DNA from: an uncultured Solirubrobacteraceae bacterium
GTDB taxonomy: Bacteria; Actinomycetota; Thermoleophilia; Solirubrobacterales; Solirubrobacteraceae
Assembly: GCA_963702975.1 (NCBI GenBank)
Contig: OY969775.1
Span: 102,851 to 166,850, forward strand
Reading direction: 5' to 3'
DNA length: 64,000 bases
Below are positions 55,888-64,000 of the stretch, piece by piece. Position 1 is the first letter of the stretch. Every line of letters starts with the position of its first letter. Below the pieces are notes generated by a model, which did no database searches, was not told the origin of the DNA, and was given only the letters and a program-made list of their open reading frames with translations. The translations under genes and the position numbers were made by a program.

Positions 55888-56475
55888 CTACAGCCCCGCC
55901 CGCCCGTCAGGATTGGGCACGTCGCCGAGCGAGCCTTCGAGCGTCGCCGGCGTGCGCCACATCACGAGCGCGTCCTCGCCGTTGTCCTGGTAGTAGCGCC
56001 GGCGCATGCCCGCCGCGCGGAAGCCCTCGCGTTCATACAGGTGGATGGCGACGTGGTTGGAGCGGCGCACCTCGAGCGTGAAGCGCGCGCGCACGTCGCC
56101 GACGCGCTGATACAGCTCGGCGAGCATCGCCGACGCGAGCCCCCGGTGCTGGTAGTCGCTGTCGACGGCGACGTTCATGACATGCCACACGGTGTCGTAG
56201 CGCGAGCAGATCAGGTAGCCGACGAGCCGCCGCTGCCCGTCCGCGCCGCGCAGGCTCGCCGCCAGGCAGATGCCCGACTGCTTGGAGAGCTCGAGCACGA
56301 ACATCGCAAGCGACCACGGCGTCGGGAACACGCGCCGCTCGATCGCGATCACCTGCGGCAGGTCCTGGTAGCTCAGGCGGCCGATCTCGACCGGCAGGGC
56401 CTGCTCGAGCGGGGGCTCCCCCTCCCCCTTCGGGGACGATGCCGGGGACGATGCGGGGACGGTGCGCTCGGTCAT
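55888..56475 (-). CDS. rimI: Ribosomal protein S18 alanine N-acetyltransferase
   Basis: IERRVFPTPWS, HVMNVAV...Q.RG, TLEVRRSN..A..LY, RRRYY..NGEDA; within the tsa operon. Confidence 0.9.
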   Translation of the reverse strand: MTERTVPASSPASSPKGEGEPPLEQALPVEIGRLSYQDLPQVIAIERRVFPTPWSLAMFVLELSKQSGICLAASLRGADGQRRLVGYLICSRYDTVWHVMNVAVDSDYQHRGLASAMLAELYQRVGDVRARFTLEVRRSNHVAIHLYEREGFRAAGMRRRYYQDNGEDALVMWRTPATLEGSLGDVPNPDGRAGL

Positions 56476-56476
56476 C

Positions 56477-57217
56477 TCAGGCGGGCTCTGCTCTCCCCGC
56501 ACCGACCAAGGCTAGCTCCGCATCGGGGCGCCGCCGGTAGTCGGGCACGATCTCGTGCACGCTCGCCACCGCCGCGCGCGCGCCCAACTCGCAGACAGCC
56601 GCGCCGCTGAGGCTGTGCAGGGGCGATGAGTCCGGCGGCGTGAACGCGCCGACGGACTCGAGCTGCTCGCGAAAGCGCACCGCCCCGTCGCCCACCGCCA
56701 GCCACCGCCGCGGCGCGCCGCCCGCCTCGGCCTGCGCCTCTGCGATGACCGTCGCGAGCGCCTGCAGCGCGAGCGCGCGCGGGCTCGCGAGCTCCCGCGG
56801 CGCGCCGTCCTCGCCGAGCTCGTACGCCGCCGCGAACGCCTCGCCGCGGCGCGCGTCGATCACCGCCAGCACGCCCTCCCGCGGAGCCTGCGCGAGGGCG
56901 GCGATGGCGAGCGCGCGCGGGCTGGACACGCCGACGAGCTCCACCGACAGCGACTGAGCGAGGCCGCGCGCGGTGGCCACGCCGACGCGCAGCCCGGTGA
57001 ACGTTCCCGGCCCGACCCCCACCGCGATGCGGTCGATCGCGTTCCAGCCGATGCCGCTGCGCGCCAGCACCTCGCCGGCCAGCTCGAGCAGCCGCGTCGC
57101 GTGCCCGGGGTGCGCGCCCGCGGGCGGATCGTCGCGCGCCTGCGCGGTGCTGCCGTCCGCGAGGCGCACGGCGACGGCGGTCGCGGCCGTCGAGGTGTCG
57201 AAGCCGAGCACGATCAT
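56477..57217 (-). CDS. tsaB: TsaB
   Basis: LGFDTST, IAVGVGPGTFTGLRVG, IDARRGE, PDY.R.PDA. Confidence 0.94.
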   Translation of the reverse strand: MIVLGFDTSTAATAVAVRLADGSTAQARDDPPAGAHPGHATRLLELAGEVLARSGIGWNAIDRIAVGVGPGTFTGLRVGVATARGLAQSLSVELVGVSSPRALAIAALAQAPREGVLAVIDARRGEAFAAAYELGEDGAPRELASPRALALQALATVIAEAQAEAGGAPRRWLAVGDGAVRFREQLESVGAFTPPDSSPLHSLSGAAVCELGARAAVASVHEIVPDYRRRPDAELALVGAGRAEPA

Positions 57218-57669
57218 CGCGGCGCATCCGCCTGCGTGAGGGGCAGCTCGTCGACGTCGATCCGGCGGCGATCGCCGCCGGAGTGGCTGAGCGTCACGCG
57301 CATGCGCGCGTCGGCGAGCTCCGCGTGCGCGTCCTCCGGCCACTCCACGAACGCGATCCGTCCCGGCCCGAGGTAGTCGGCCAGCAGCGCCGGGTCCTCG
57401 CGCGCGAGTCCCGCCAGCCGGTACAGGTCCAGGTGCGAGACGGTCACGCCTGGCGCCGTGTAGCGGTGGCCGATGCTGAACGTGGGGCTGGTGACGGGGT
57501 CGCTGACGCCAAGCGCGCGGGCGGCGCCGCGCACGAGCGTGGTCTTGCCCGAGCCGAGCTCGCCGCGGACGAGCACCACGTCGCCGTCGGCGAGCGCGCC
57601 CGCCAACTCGGCGCCCAGCGATTCGGTCTCGGTGGGACCACTCGTTTCGATGCTGCGCACGGCCACCAT
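57214..57669 (-). CDS. tsaE: TsaE ATPase
   Basis: GELGSGKTT, VTSPTF, HLDLYRL, FVEWP. Confidence 0.95.
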   Translation of the reverse strand: MVAVRSIETSGPTETESLGAELAGALADGDVVLVRGELGSGKTTLVRGAARALGVSDPVTSPTFSIGHRYTAPGVTVSHLDLYRLAGLAREDPALLADYLGPGRIAFVEWPEDAHAELADARMRVTLSHSGGDRRRIDVDELPLTQADAPR

Positions 57670-57717
57670 CAGACTCTAAAGCCTGCGCGCGCTGCGCCCG
57701 CCATCCGGGTCCGGGGC

Positions 57718-57759
57718 AAAAAAAGACCGGCCCGCGGGAGAATGGAACGCGGGCCGGTC
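57718..57759 (-). terminator. Strong intrinsic terminator
   Basis: GACCGGCCCGCG-TTCCATTCTCC-CGCGGGCCGGTC-TTTTTTT. Confidence 0.9.
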
Positions 57760-57806
57760 GGTTACTCCTGGAGGGATGGAGACAGGACCTTCATCGGCAG
57801 CCTTGC
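57718..57806 (-). ncRNA. Putative small RNA (~90 nt) with its own promoter and terminator
   Basis: -35 TCGAAA (57835-57840), -10 TAAAGT (57813-57818); hairpin UCCUG-UCUCCAUCCCUC-CAGGA; terminator with U7. Confidence 0.55.
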
Positions 57807-57901
57807 CTACCTACTTTAGGACCTGAGCGATATCTTTCGACCGCTCCTTGGAAACCCCTGCTTTGCAGGGAAAATGGCAGCATACGGGCGTCCAGGGGCG
57901 T

Positions 57902-58657
57902 CTAGAACAGTCCCAGCTGGTCGACCTCGGCGCCATGCTCGATCGCGCTCGGCGGTCCCGGCGACCCGCCGGCGGACGCCCCACCGGGATCCACCGAGGA
58001 CTCCGGCGTCTCGTCGAGCTCCGGCAGCTCCTCCAGCGGCGGCTGCTCGGGCGCGCCGAGCGCGAGCAGCGCGGGCAGGCGCATGAAGTCCTCGCGCAGC
58101 GTCTCGAGCATGCGCGGCGTGTACAGCGCCGCGGCCGGGTGGTAGATCGGGTACAGGCGCACCGCGCGCCGGCCCAGCACGAGCACCTCCGGCTGACCGT
58201 GCAAACGCGTGATCCCAGTCGGGTCCCCGCGCAGGAGCTTGGTCGAGAAGTTGCCCAGCGTGCAGATCACCGTCGGCTGGATCAGCTCGACTTGGCGCAG
58301 CAGGTACTCCTGGCAGTTCTCGATCTCGATCGGCTGCGGATCGCGGTTGCCTGGGGGCCTGCACTTCAGGGTGTTCGCGATGAACACGTCCCCGCGCTCC
58401 ATCCCGATCTCGCCGAGCAGCGTGCTCAGCAGCTTGCCCGCGCGCCCGACGAACGGCACTCCCTGCTCGTCCTCGCTCGCCCCGGGCGCCTCGCCCACGA
58501 ACATCAGCTCGGCGTCGGCGTTGCCGGCGCCGAACACGACCGTTTTGCGCGTGGCGGCGAGCTCGGCGCAGCGCGCGCAGGCGCGCGCCTGCGCGAGCAC
58601 CTCCTTCAGGGCCTCACGCCGCTCGGGCGCCGACAGCTCACGCTCCTGCGAGGACAC
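57902..58657 (-). CDS. Uracil-DNA glycosylase family 4, probably leaderless
   Basis: C..C..L...[27 protein letters not shown]; TACCAT -10 lies 7 nt before GTG 58657. Confidence 0.93.
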   Translation of the reverse strand: MSSQERELSAPERREALKEVLAQARACARCAELAATRKTVVFGAGNADAELMFVGEAPGASEDEQGVPFVGRAGKLLSTLLGEIGMERGDVFIANTLKCRPPGNRDPQPIEIENCQEYLLRQVELIQPTVICTLGNFSTKLLRGDPTGITRLHGQPEVLVLGRRAVRLYPIYHPAAALYTPRMLETLREDFMRLPALLALGAPEQPPLEELPELDETPESSVDPGGASAGGSPGPPSAIEHGAEVDQLGLF

Positions 58658-58776
58658 GCGCGGGATGGTATTTGCTCGCGGCGAGAGCCCGCTTGATCGA
58701 GAGCACGTGCTGCAGCGTGACCGGCGCGCCGCGCGCGGCCCGACCGGCGCCGACGGCGTTGAGCGATGATCTCGCG

Positions 58777-60687
58777 ATGGCCTCATCCACCGAGCACGCG
58801 GTGACGGCCCCGTTCGCGGGCGTCGTGGTCGCGATCCCGCACGCGCGCGAGGAGCAGGTCGGCGCGGACAGCGCGGTGGTGGTGCTGGAGGCGATGAAGA
58901 TGGAGCACGAGGTGCTGGCGGAGGTCGATGGCGTCGTGCGCGCCCTGGCGGTGGCCGTCGGCGACGCGGTGCAGGAGGGCCAGCTGCTGCTGACGCTCGC
59001 ATCGTCCGCGGAGCGGGAGCTCGGCGGCGACGGGGCCGGCGGCGGGGCGAGCGCCGCGCGCGCACCGGAGCAGCCGGCGGGCGGGGAGCGGGCGGACCTG
59101 CGCGCGGTGCGCGAGCGTCACGAGCTCGGCCTGGACGCCGCGCGCCCGGATGCGGTGGCGCGCCGGCGCGAGCGGGGGCGGCGCACGGCGCGCGAGAACC
59201 TCGCGGACCTGCTCGACGCGGACACGTTCGTGGAGTACGGGCCGCTGCTGTTCGCCGCGCAGGAGCGCCGCCGCTCGCGCGAGGAGCTGATCGCGCGCAC
59301 GCCCGCCGATGGGCTGGTGGGCGGCGTCGGCCGCGTGAAGGGCCACCCGTGCGTGGCGATGTCCTACGACTACACCGTGCTGGCGGGCACGCAGGGCATG
59401 CGCAACCACGCGAAGAAGGACCGCCTGTTCGAGCTGGCGGAGCGCCGGCGGCTGCCGGTGGTGCTGTTCGCGGAGGGCGGCGGCGGGCGCCCGGGCGACG
59501 TCGACATGCCGATCGTCGCGGGCCTGGACTGCAGGGCGTTCGAGCTGTTCGCGCAGCTGAGCGGCCTGGTGCCGCTGGTGGGCATCGCCTCGGGCTACTG
59601 CTTCGCGGGCAACGCGGCGCTGCTCGGCTGCTGCGACGTGGTGATCGCGACGGAGGACGCGAGCATCGGCATGGGCGGCCCGGCGATGATCGAGGGCGGC
59701 GGCCTCGGCGTTTACGACCCCGCGGACGTCGGCCCGATCGACGTGCAGTACGCCAACGGCGTGGTCGACCTGCGCGCGGCGGACGACGCGGAGGCGGTGG
59801 CACTGGCGAAGCGCTACCTGTCGTACTTCCTCGATGACCGTCCGTCGGCGCTGGATGAGGATGATGAGGGGGTCGCGCGGGGCGGACCGCGGCGCGGTGG
59901 GAGCGTGCCGGCGGCCGTGGCGGATCAGACGGCGTTGCGCGAGCTGATCCCGGAGCAGCGCAAGCGCGTGTACGAGGTGCGCCGTGTGGTGGAGACGCTG
60001 TTCGACGAGGGCTCGGTGCTGGAGCTGCGCGGCGGCTTCGGGCCGGGGATGCTGACGGCGCTCGCGCGCGTGGACGGTCGCGCGCTGGGCGTGGTGGCCA
60101 ACGACCCGAAGCATCTGGGCGGCGCGATCGACGCGGACGGCGCGGACAAGGCGGCGCGCTTCATGCAGCTGTGCGACGCGTTCGATCTGCCGCTGCTGTT
60201 CCTGTGCGACACGCCGGGGTTCATGGTCGGCCCGGACGCGGAGCGCACTGCGACGGTGCGCCACTTCGCGCGCATGTTCCTCGGCGGCGCCAACGTGAGC
60301 GTGCCGACGGGCACGATCGTGCTGCGCAAGGGCTACGGGCTGGGCGCCCAGGCGATGGCCGGCGGCGGCTTCAGGGCGCCACTGTTCACGGTCGCATGGC
60401 CGACGTCGGAGTTCGGCGCGATGGGCCTCGAGGGCGCGGTGCGCCTGGGCATGCGCCGCGAGCTCGACGCGATCGAGGACGAGCAGGAGCGCGAGCGCGT
60501 GTTCGAGCAGCTGGTGGCGGCCGCGTACGAGCGCGGCGAGGGTGTGAACATGGCCGCGTACGGCGAGATCGACGACGTGATCGACCCGGCGGACTCGCGC
60601 CGCTGGATCGCGACGCTGTTCGACGAGCAGTCCGGCGGTTGGCGGGCGCGCCCCGGCAAGAAGCGCCCGAACGTCGACGCTTGGTGA
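58777..60687 (+). CDS. Biotin carrier domain fused to a carboxyltransferase
   Basis: LEAMKMEH (biotinylation site); DYTVLAGTQG, EGGGGRPGD, GYCFAGNA, GGPAMIEG, DTPGF.VG, R.GYGLG. Confidence 0.9.
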   Translation: MASSTEHAVTAPFAGVVVAIPHAREEQVGADSAVVVLEAMKMEHEVLAEVDGVVRALAVAVGDAVQEGQLLLTLASSAERELGGDGAGGGASAARAPEQPAGGERADLRAVRERHELGLDAARPDAVARRRERGRRTARENLADLLDADTFVEYGPLLFAAQERRRSREELIARTPADGLVGGVGRVKGHPCVAMSYDYTVLAGTQGMRNHAKKDRLFELAERRRLPVVLFAEGGGGRPGDVDMPIVAGLDCRAFELFAQLSGLVPLVGIASGYCFAGNAALLGCCDVVIATEDASIGMGGPAMIEGGGLGVYDPADVGPIDVQYANGVVDLRAADDAEAVALAKRYLSYFLDDRPSALDEDDEGVARGGPRRGGSVPAAVADQTALRELIPEQRKRVYEVRRVVETLFDEGSVLELRGGFGPGMLTALARVDGRALGVVANDPKHLGGAIDADGADKAARFMQLCDAFDLPLLFLCDTPGFMVGPDAERTATVRHFARMFLGGANVSVPTGTIVLRKGYGLGAQAMAGGGFRAPLFTVAWPTSEFGAMGLEGAVRLGMRRELDAIEDEQERERVFEQLVAAAYERGEGVNMAAYGEIDDVIDPADSRRWIATLFDEQSGGWRARPGKKRPNVDAW

Positions 60688-60794
60688 TGGTCGCAGCACC
60701 TGCGAGCGTCGATGGCGGCCCGCGGCGAGCGGCGCCGTTCGACCGGCCGGCCAACCGCACCATGTGACATTGCGCACACAGTGCCGCCACCCCA

Positions 60795-60822
60795 TTTACA
60801 CACCGCCCTGCGTCTGTATCAT
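60795..60822 (+). promoter_or_regulatory. SigA-like promoter of the pan operon
   Basis: TTTACA (60795-60800), 16-bp spacer, TATCAT (60817-60822); leaves a ~128-nt leader. Confidence 0.55.
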
Positions 60823-60956
60823 CTTCTTGCAGGCCGCCAACGAGCTTGCTCGAGTGGACCTGACGCAGCATCCGCTGGACATCTGAAGTCGCGCCGGTAT
60901 CCGCAGGGAACTGGACCGAAGCCGATGAACCCCCACCACCGAACCTGGTTGCGCGC

Positions 60957-61847
60957 ATGAGGACCGTGCGCACGGTGGCCGAGCTGCGCTCGGCGCTCGC
61001 GCCTGCGCGGCGCGACGGGCGCACGATCGGGCTGGTGCCGACGATGGGCGCGCTGCACGACGGCCACCTCTCGCTCATCGACCGCGCGCGCGAGCGCTGC
61101 GACGTGGTGGTGGTCTCGCTGTTCGTCAACCCCGCGCAGTTCAACGAGCGCTCCGACCTCGAGCGCTACCCGCGCGACGAGCGCCGCGACGCCGAGCTCG
61201 CCGCGGCGGCGGGCGCGGACGTGCTGTTCGCGCCGTCGGTCGAGGAGGTGTACCCGCCGGGGTTCGCCACGACCGTCGAGGTGCTGGGACTGACCGAGCG
61301 CCTGGAGGGCGCCGCGCGCGGCGCCGAGCACTTCCGCGGCGTCGCCACGGTGGTGACGAAGCTGCTGTGCATGGCGCTGCCCGACGTGGCCTACTTCGGC
61401 CAGAAGGACGCCCAGCAGGTGGTGGTGATCCGCAGGCTCGCGAGCGACCTGAACCTGCCGGTCGCGATCGAGGCGCTGCCGACCGTGCGCGAGCCCGACG
61501 GCCTGGCGATGTCCAGCCGCAACGCGCTGCTGTCCCCCGACGAGCGCGCCCGGGCGCTCGCGCTGCCCGCGGCGCTGGACGCCGCCCGCGCGCTGGCCGG
61601 CGAGGGCGAGCGCTCGGCGCAGGCGCTGCTGGAGGCGGCGCGCGCGGCGATGCGCGGGGTCGACGTCGAGCCCGAGTACGTGGCGCTCGTCGAGCCGGAC
61701 ACGCTGGAGCCGATCGCCACGCTCGCAGACGACGCGCTGCTGGCGCTCGCCGCGCGCGTCGGCGAGGTGCGCCTGATCGACAACACGATCCTTTCACCCG
61801 TCCGTCAACCGCTCGAAGGAGAGGCGATCGCAACATGCAGCGCGTGA
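60957..61847 (+). CDS. panC: Pantoate--beta-alanine ligase
   Basis: [54 protein letters not shown]. Confidence 0.97.
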   Translation: MRTVRTVAELRSALAPARRDGRTIGLVPTMGALHDGHLSLIDRARERCDVVVVSLFVNPAQFNERSDLERYPRDERRDAELAAAAGADVLFAPSVEEVYPPGFATTVEVLGLTERLEGAARGAEHFRGVATVVTKLLCMALPDVAYFGQKDAQQVVVIRRLASDLNLPVAIEALPTVREPDGLAMSSRNALLSPDERARALALPAALDAARALAGEGERSAQALLEAARAAMRGVDVEPEYVALVEPDTLEPIATLADDALLALAARVGEVRLIDNTILSPVRQPLEGEAIATCSA

Positions 61848-62218
61848 TGCTGAAGTCCAAGATCCACCGCGCGACGGTCACCGACTGCGACCTGCATTAC
61901 GTCGGGTCGATCACGATCGACCCCGAGCTGCTGGAGGCGGCGGACATGCTCGAGTTCGAGCAGGTGCACGTCGTCGACGTCGACAACGGCGCGCGCTTCG
62001 AGACGTACACGATCCCCGGCGAGCGGGGCTCGGGCGAGATGTGCGTCAACGGCGCCGCCGCCCGCCTCGTGCACCGGGGCGACACGATCATCGTCATCTC
62101 ATACGGCTCCTACGACGAGGCCGACCTGGAGCGCTACGCGCCGCGGGTCGTCCACGTGGAGGCCACCACCAACCGCATCATCACCATCGACGAGCAGGTG
62201 GCGACCCTGCTCTCGTGA
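61835..62218 (+). CDS. panD: Aspartate 1-decarboxylase
   Basis: [15 protein letters not shown]|SITID cleavage site, NG.RFETY, NGAAA. Confidence 0.97.
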   Translation: MQRVMLKSKIHRATVTDCDLHYVGSITIDPELLEAADMLEFEQVHVVDVDNGARFETYTIPGERGSGEMCVNGAAARLVHRGDTIIVISYGSYDEADLERYAPRVVHVEATTNRIITIDEQVATLLS

Positions 62219-62259
62219 GAGAGCGAGCGTCAACAGACCGTCAGAGAGGAAGCGCAACC

Positions 62260-63162
62260 ATGTCCAGCCGTCCCACCATCCAGGCCCCACCCGACCCCGG
62301 CCGGCTGCCGATGACGCTGCCGCTGCTGATGGACAAGAAGCGGCTCGGCGAACCGATCGTGATGGTCACCGCCTACGACTACCCGAGCGCGCGCGCCGCG
62401 GAGGCGGCGGGCGTGGACCTGGTGCTGGTGGGCGACTCGGCGGCGACCACGGTGCTCGGCTACAGCGCCACGACGCCGGTGGAGCTCGACGACATGCTGG
62501 TGCTCGCGCGCGCCGTGCGCCGCGGCCTGCGCACGCCGCTGCTGATCGGCGACCTGCCGTTCGGCTCCTACGAGGTCTCCGACGAGCAGGCGATCACGAC
62601 GGCGATGCGGATGGTCAAGGAAGCCGGCTGCGACGTGGTCAAGCTCGAGGGCGGCGGCGAGGCGTCGGTCAGGCGCGCGCGCGCGATCGTCGGCGCGGGC
62701 ATCCCGGTGATGGGCCACGTCGGGCTCACGCCGCAGACCGCGACCGCGCTCGGCGGCTGGAAGGCGCAGGGGCGCACCGCCGCTGCCGCAGCGCGCATCG
62801 CCGCGGAGGCGCTCGCGTTGCAGCGCGCCGGCTGCTTCGCGCTCGTGTTCGAGGCGATCCCCAGCGCGGTCACAGAGGAGCTGATGCCGCTGCTGGAGAT
62901 CCCCGTGATCGGCATCGGCGCGGGGCCCGCCACCGACGGGCAGGTGCTCGTCTTCCACGACCTGCTCGGCATCCGCGACGGGCTCGGCGCGCGCTTCGTC
63001 AAGCGCTACGCGAACCTGCAGCAGGAGATGAACGACGGCGTCACCGCGTACGCCGAGGACGTGCGCACGCGCCGCTATCCCGGCCCCGAGCACTCCTACT
63101 CGATCGACCCCGGCGAGCTCGCTGAGCTGCAGGCGCAGCTGGCCGGGGCACACGCCGCCTGA
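62260..63162 (+). CDS. panB: 3-methyl-2-oxobutanoate hydroxymethyltransferase
   Basis: VTAYDY, LVGDS, GDLPFGSY, VKLEGG, GHVGLTPQ, IGIGAG..DGQVLV. Confidence 0.97.
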   Translation: MSSRPTIQAPPDPGRLPMTLPLLMDKKRLGEPIVMVTAYDYPSARAAEAAGVDLVLVGDSAATTVLGYSATTPVELDDMLVLARAVRRGLRTPLLIGDLPFGSYEVSDEQAITTAMRMVKEAGCDVVKLEGGGEASVRRARAIVGAGIPVMGHVGLTPQTATALGGWKAQGRTAAAAARIAAEALALQRAGCFALVFEAIPSAVTEELMPLLEIPVIGIGAGPATDGQVLVFHDLLGIRDGLGARFVKRYANLQQEMNDGVTAYAEDVRTRRYPGPEHSYSIDPGELAELQAQLAGAHAA

Positions 63163-63207
63163 CAGACCCCGCACGGCGAGCGCTGGTCAGCCGCGCGGGC
63201 GGCAGCG

Positions 63208-63861
63208 TCAGCTCAGCGGCGTGCCGTAGCGATCGGCGAACGCGAACTCGGAGACCGGCCTGCGGGCGAGCTCCCGCGGCCACGGGTCGGCGCGGTGCCC
63301 GACGCCGACGTGCGCCGCCAGCGCGATCTCCTCGGGGATCTCGAGCAACTGCCTGACCTCGGCCTCGGCGGGCACCAGCAGCGTCGTCATCGCCGCGCCG
63401 AGGCCCTCGCCGCGCAGCGCCAGCAGCAGGTTCTGCACGAACGGGTAGATGGAGGCGCCGCCGACGATGCTCTGGCGTGGCAGCTGCGCGTCGGTCACGG
63501 CGAGGTCGCTCAGGCGCACCCCCGCCACGAGGTGCACAGGCACCTCGTGCAGGCGCTCGGCGTACTCGTTGGCGCCCTGCACCCTGCGGATGGTCGCGCG
63601 GTCGAACGCCTCGGGGTCGGCCAGCACCGCGGCGCCGCCCGTGTGCTCCATGTACGCGCGCCAGCCTGGCAGGTACAGGTCGCGCAGCGCCATGCGCAGC
63701 TCGGGGTCGCGCACGACGATCACCCGCCAGCCCTGGCGATTACCACCGCTGGGGGCAAAGCGGGCGCTGTCGAGCGCCCGCTCGATCGCATCGGCGGGGA
63801 CCGGCTCGTCGCTGAAGCGCCGGCTCGTCGGCGCGCAGCGCATCGCTTCGTAAAGCTCCAT
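63208..63861 (-). CDS. Nitroreductase family protein
   Basis: R.F..EPVP, A.FAPSGGN.Q.W, GASIYP.VQNLLLA.R.EGLG. Confidence 0.9.
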   Translation of the reverse strand: MELYEAMRCAPTSRRFSDEPVPADAIERALDSARFAPSGGNRQGWRVIVVRDPELRMALRDLYLPGWRAYMEHTGGAAVLADPEAFDRATIRRVQGANEYAERLHEVPVHLVAGVRLSDLAVTDAQLPRQSIVGGASIYPFVQNLLLALRGEGLGAAMTTLLVPAEAEVRQLLEIPEEIALAAHVGVGHRADPWPRELARRPVSEFAFADRYGTPLS

Positions 63862-64000
63862 AGGCAGTAGCCTAGCGGCCGTAGACGCCGCGCCGAGATG
63901 GTCGAGCCAATCCAACCACGGCTCAACTAAGCGACGGTCTGCGTAGTGTCACAGCCTGGCGGCTCAGGTGTTTGTGATGGTGGTTGTCAGTCCACGTAAG

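Noticed and set aside
58783-60795. Long antisense or alternate-frame ORFs (this 670-aa one; also 48574-50571, 49841-52036, 15259-17277, 18748-20631, 23691-25370)
   Set aside because: Arg/Ala/Pro-rich shadows expected in very high-GC DNA opposite well-supported genes; no motifs.

Overview
High-GC actinobacterial chromosome segment whose gene set and secreted-protein families suggest Thermoleophilia/Solirubrobacterales (inference). The backbone carries comM-dprA, cfa, msrA/msrB, amt, MFS and heterodimeric ABC exporters, an hppA-APC/USP-trkA-trkA cluster, GCS2, rex, tsaE-tsaB-rimI-tsaD, UDG, a BCCP-carboxyltransferase and panC-panD-panB. Four tRNA genes lie on the minus strand (Val-GAC, Cys-GCA, Gly-GCC, Gln-CUG). 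Three have accessory cargo just past their 3' ends: a type II R-M pair (Val), an uncharacterised three-gene MBL-hydrolase operon (Gly) and two Cys-loop RCC1 secreted proteins (Gln). No integrase, transposase or cas gene was seen. The most striking unexplained structure is two intergenic arrays (15210-15328 and 49407-49478) of abutting palindromes in ~24-bp register; every unit has different arms but an RCATGY centre (one unit mutated). Other candidates: a leaderless RAPP-motif leader ORF ahead of a metal-related operon, a ~90-nt sRNA with two CU-rich loops, a structured pan-operon leader, and a c-di-AMP riboswitch over a frameshifted cell-wall hydrolase. All calls are by eye from motifs; no database searches were run.
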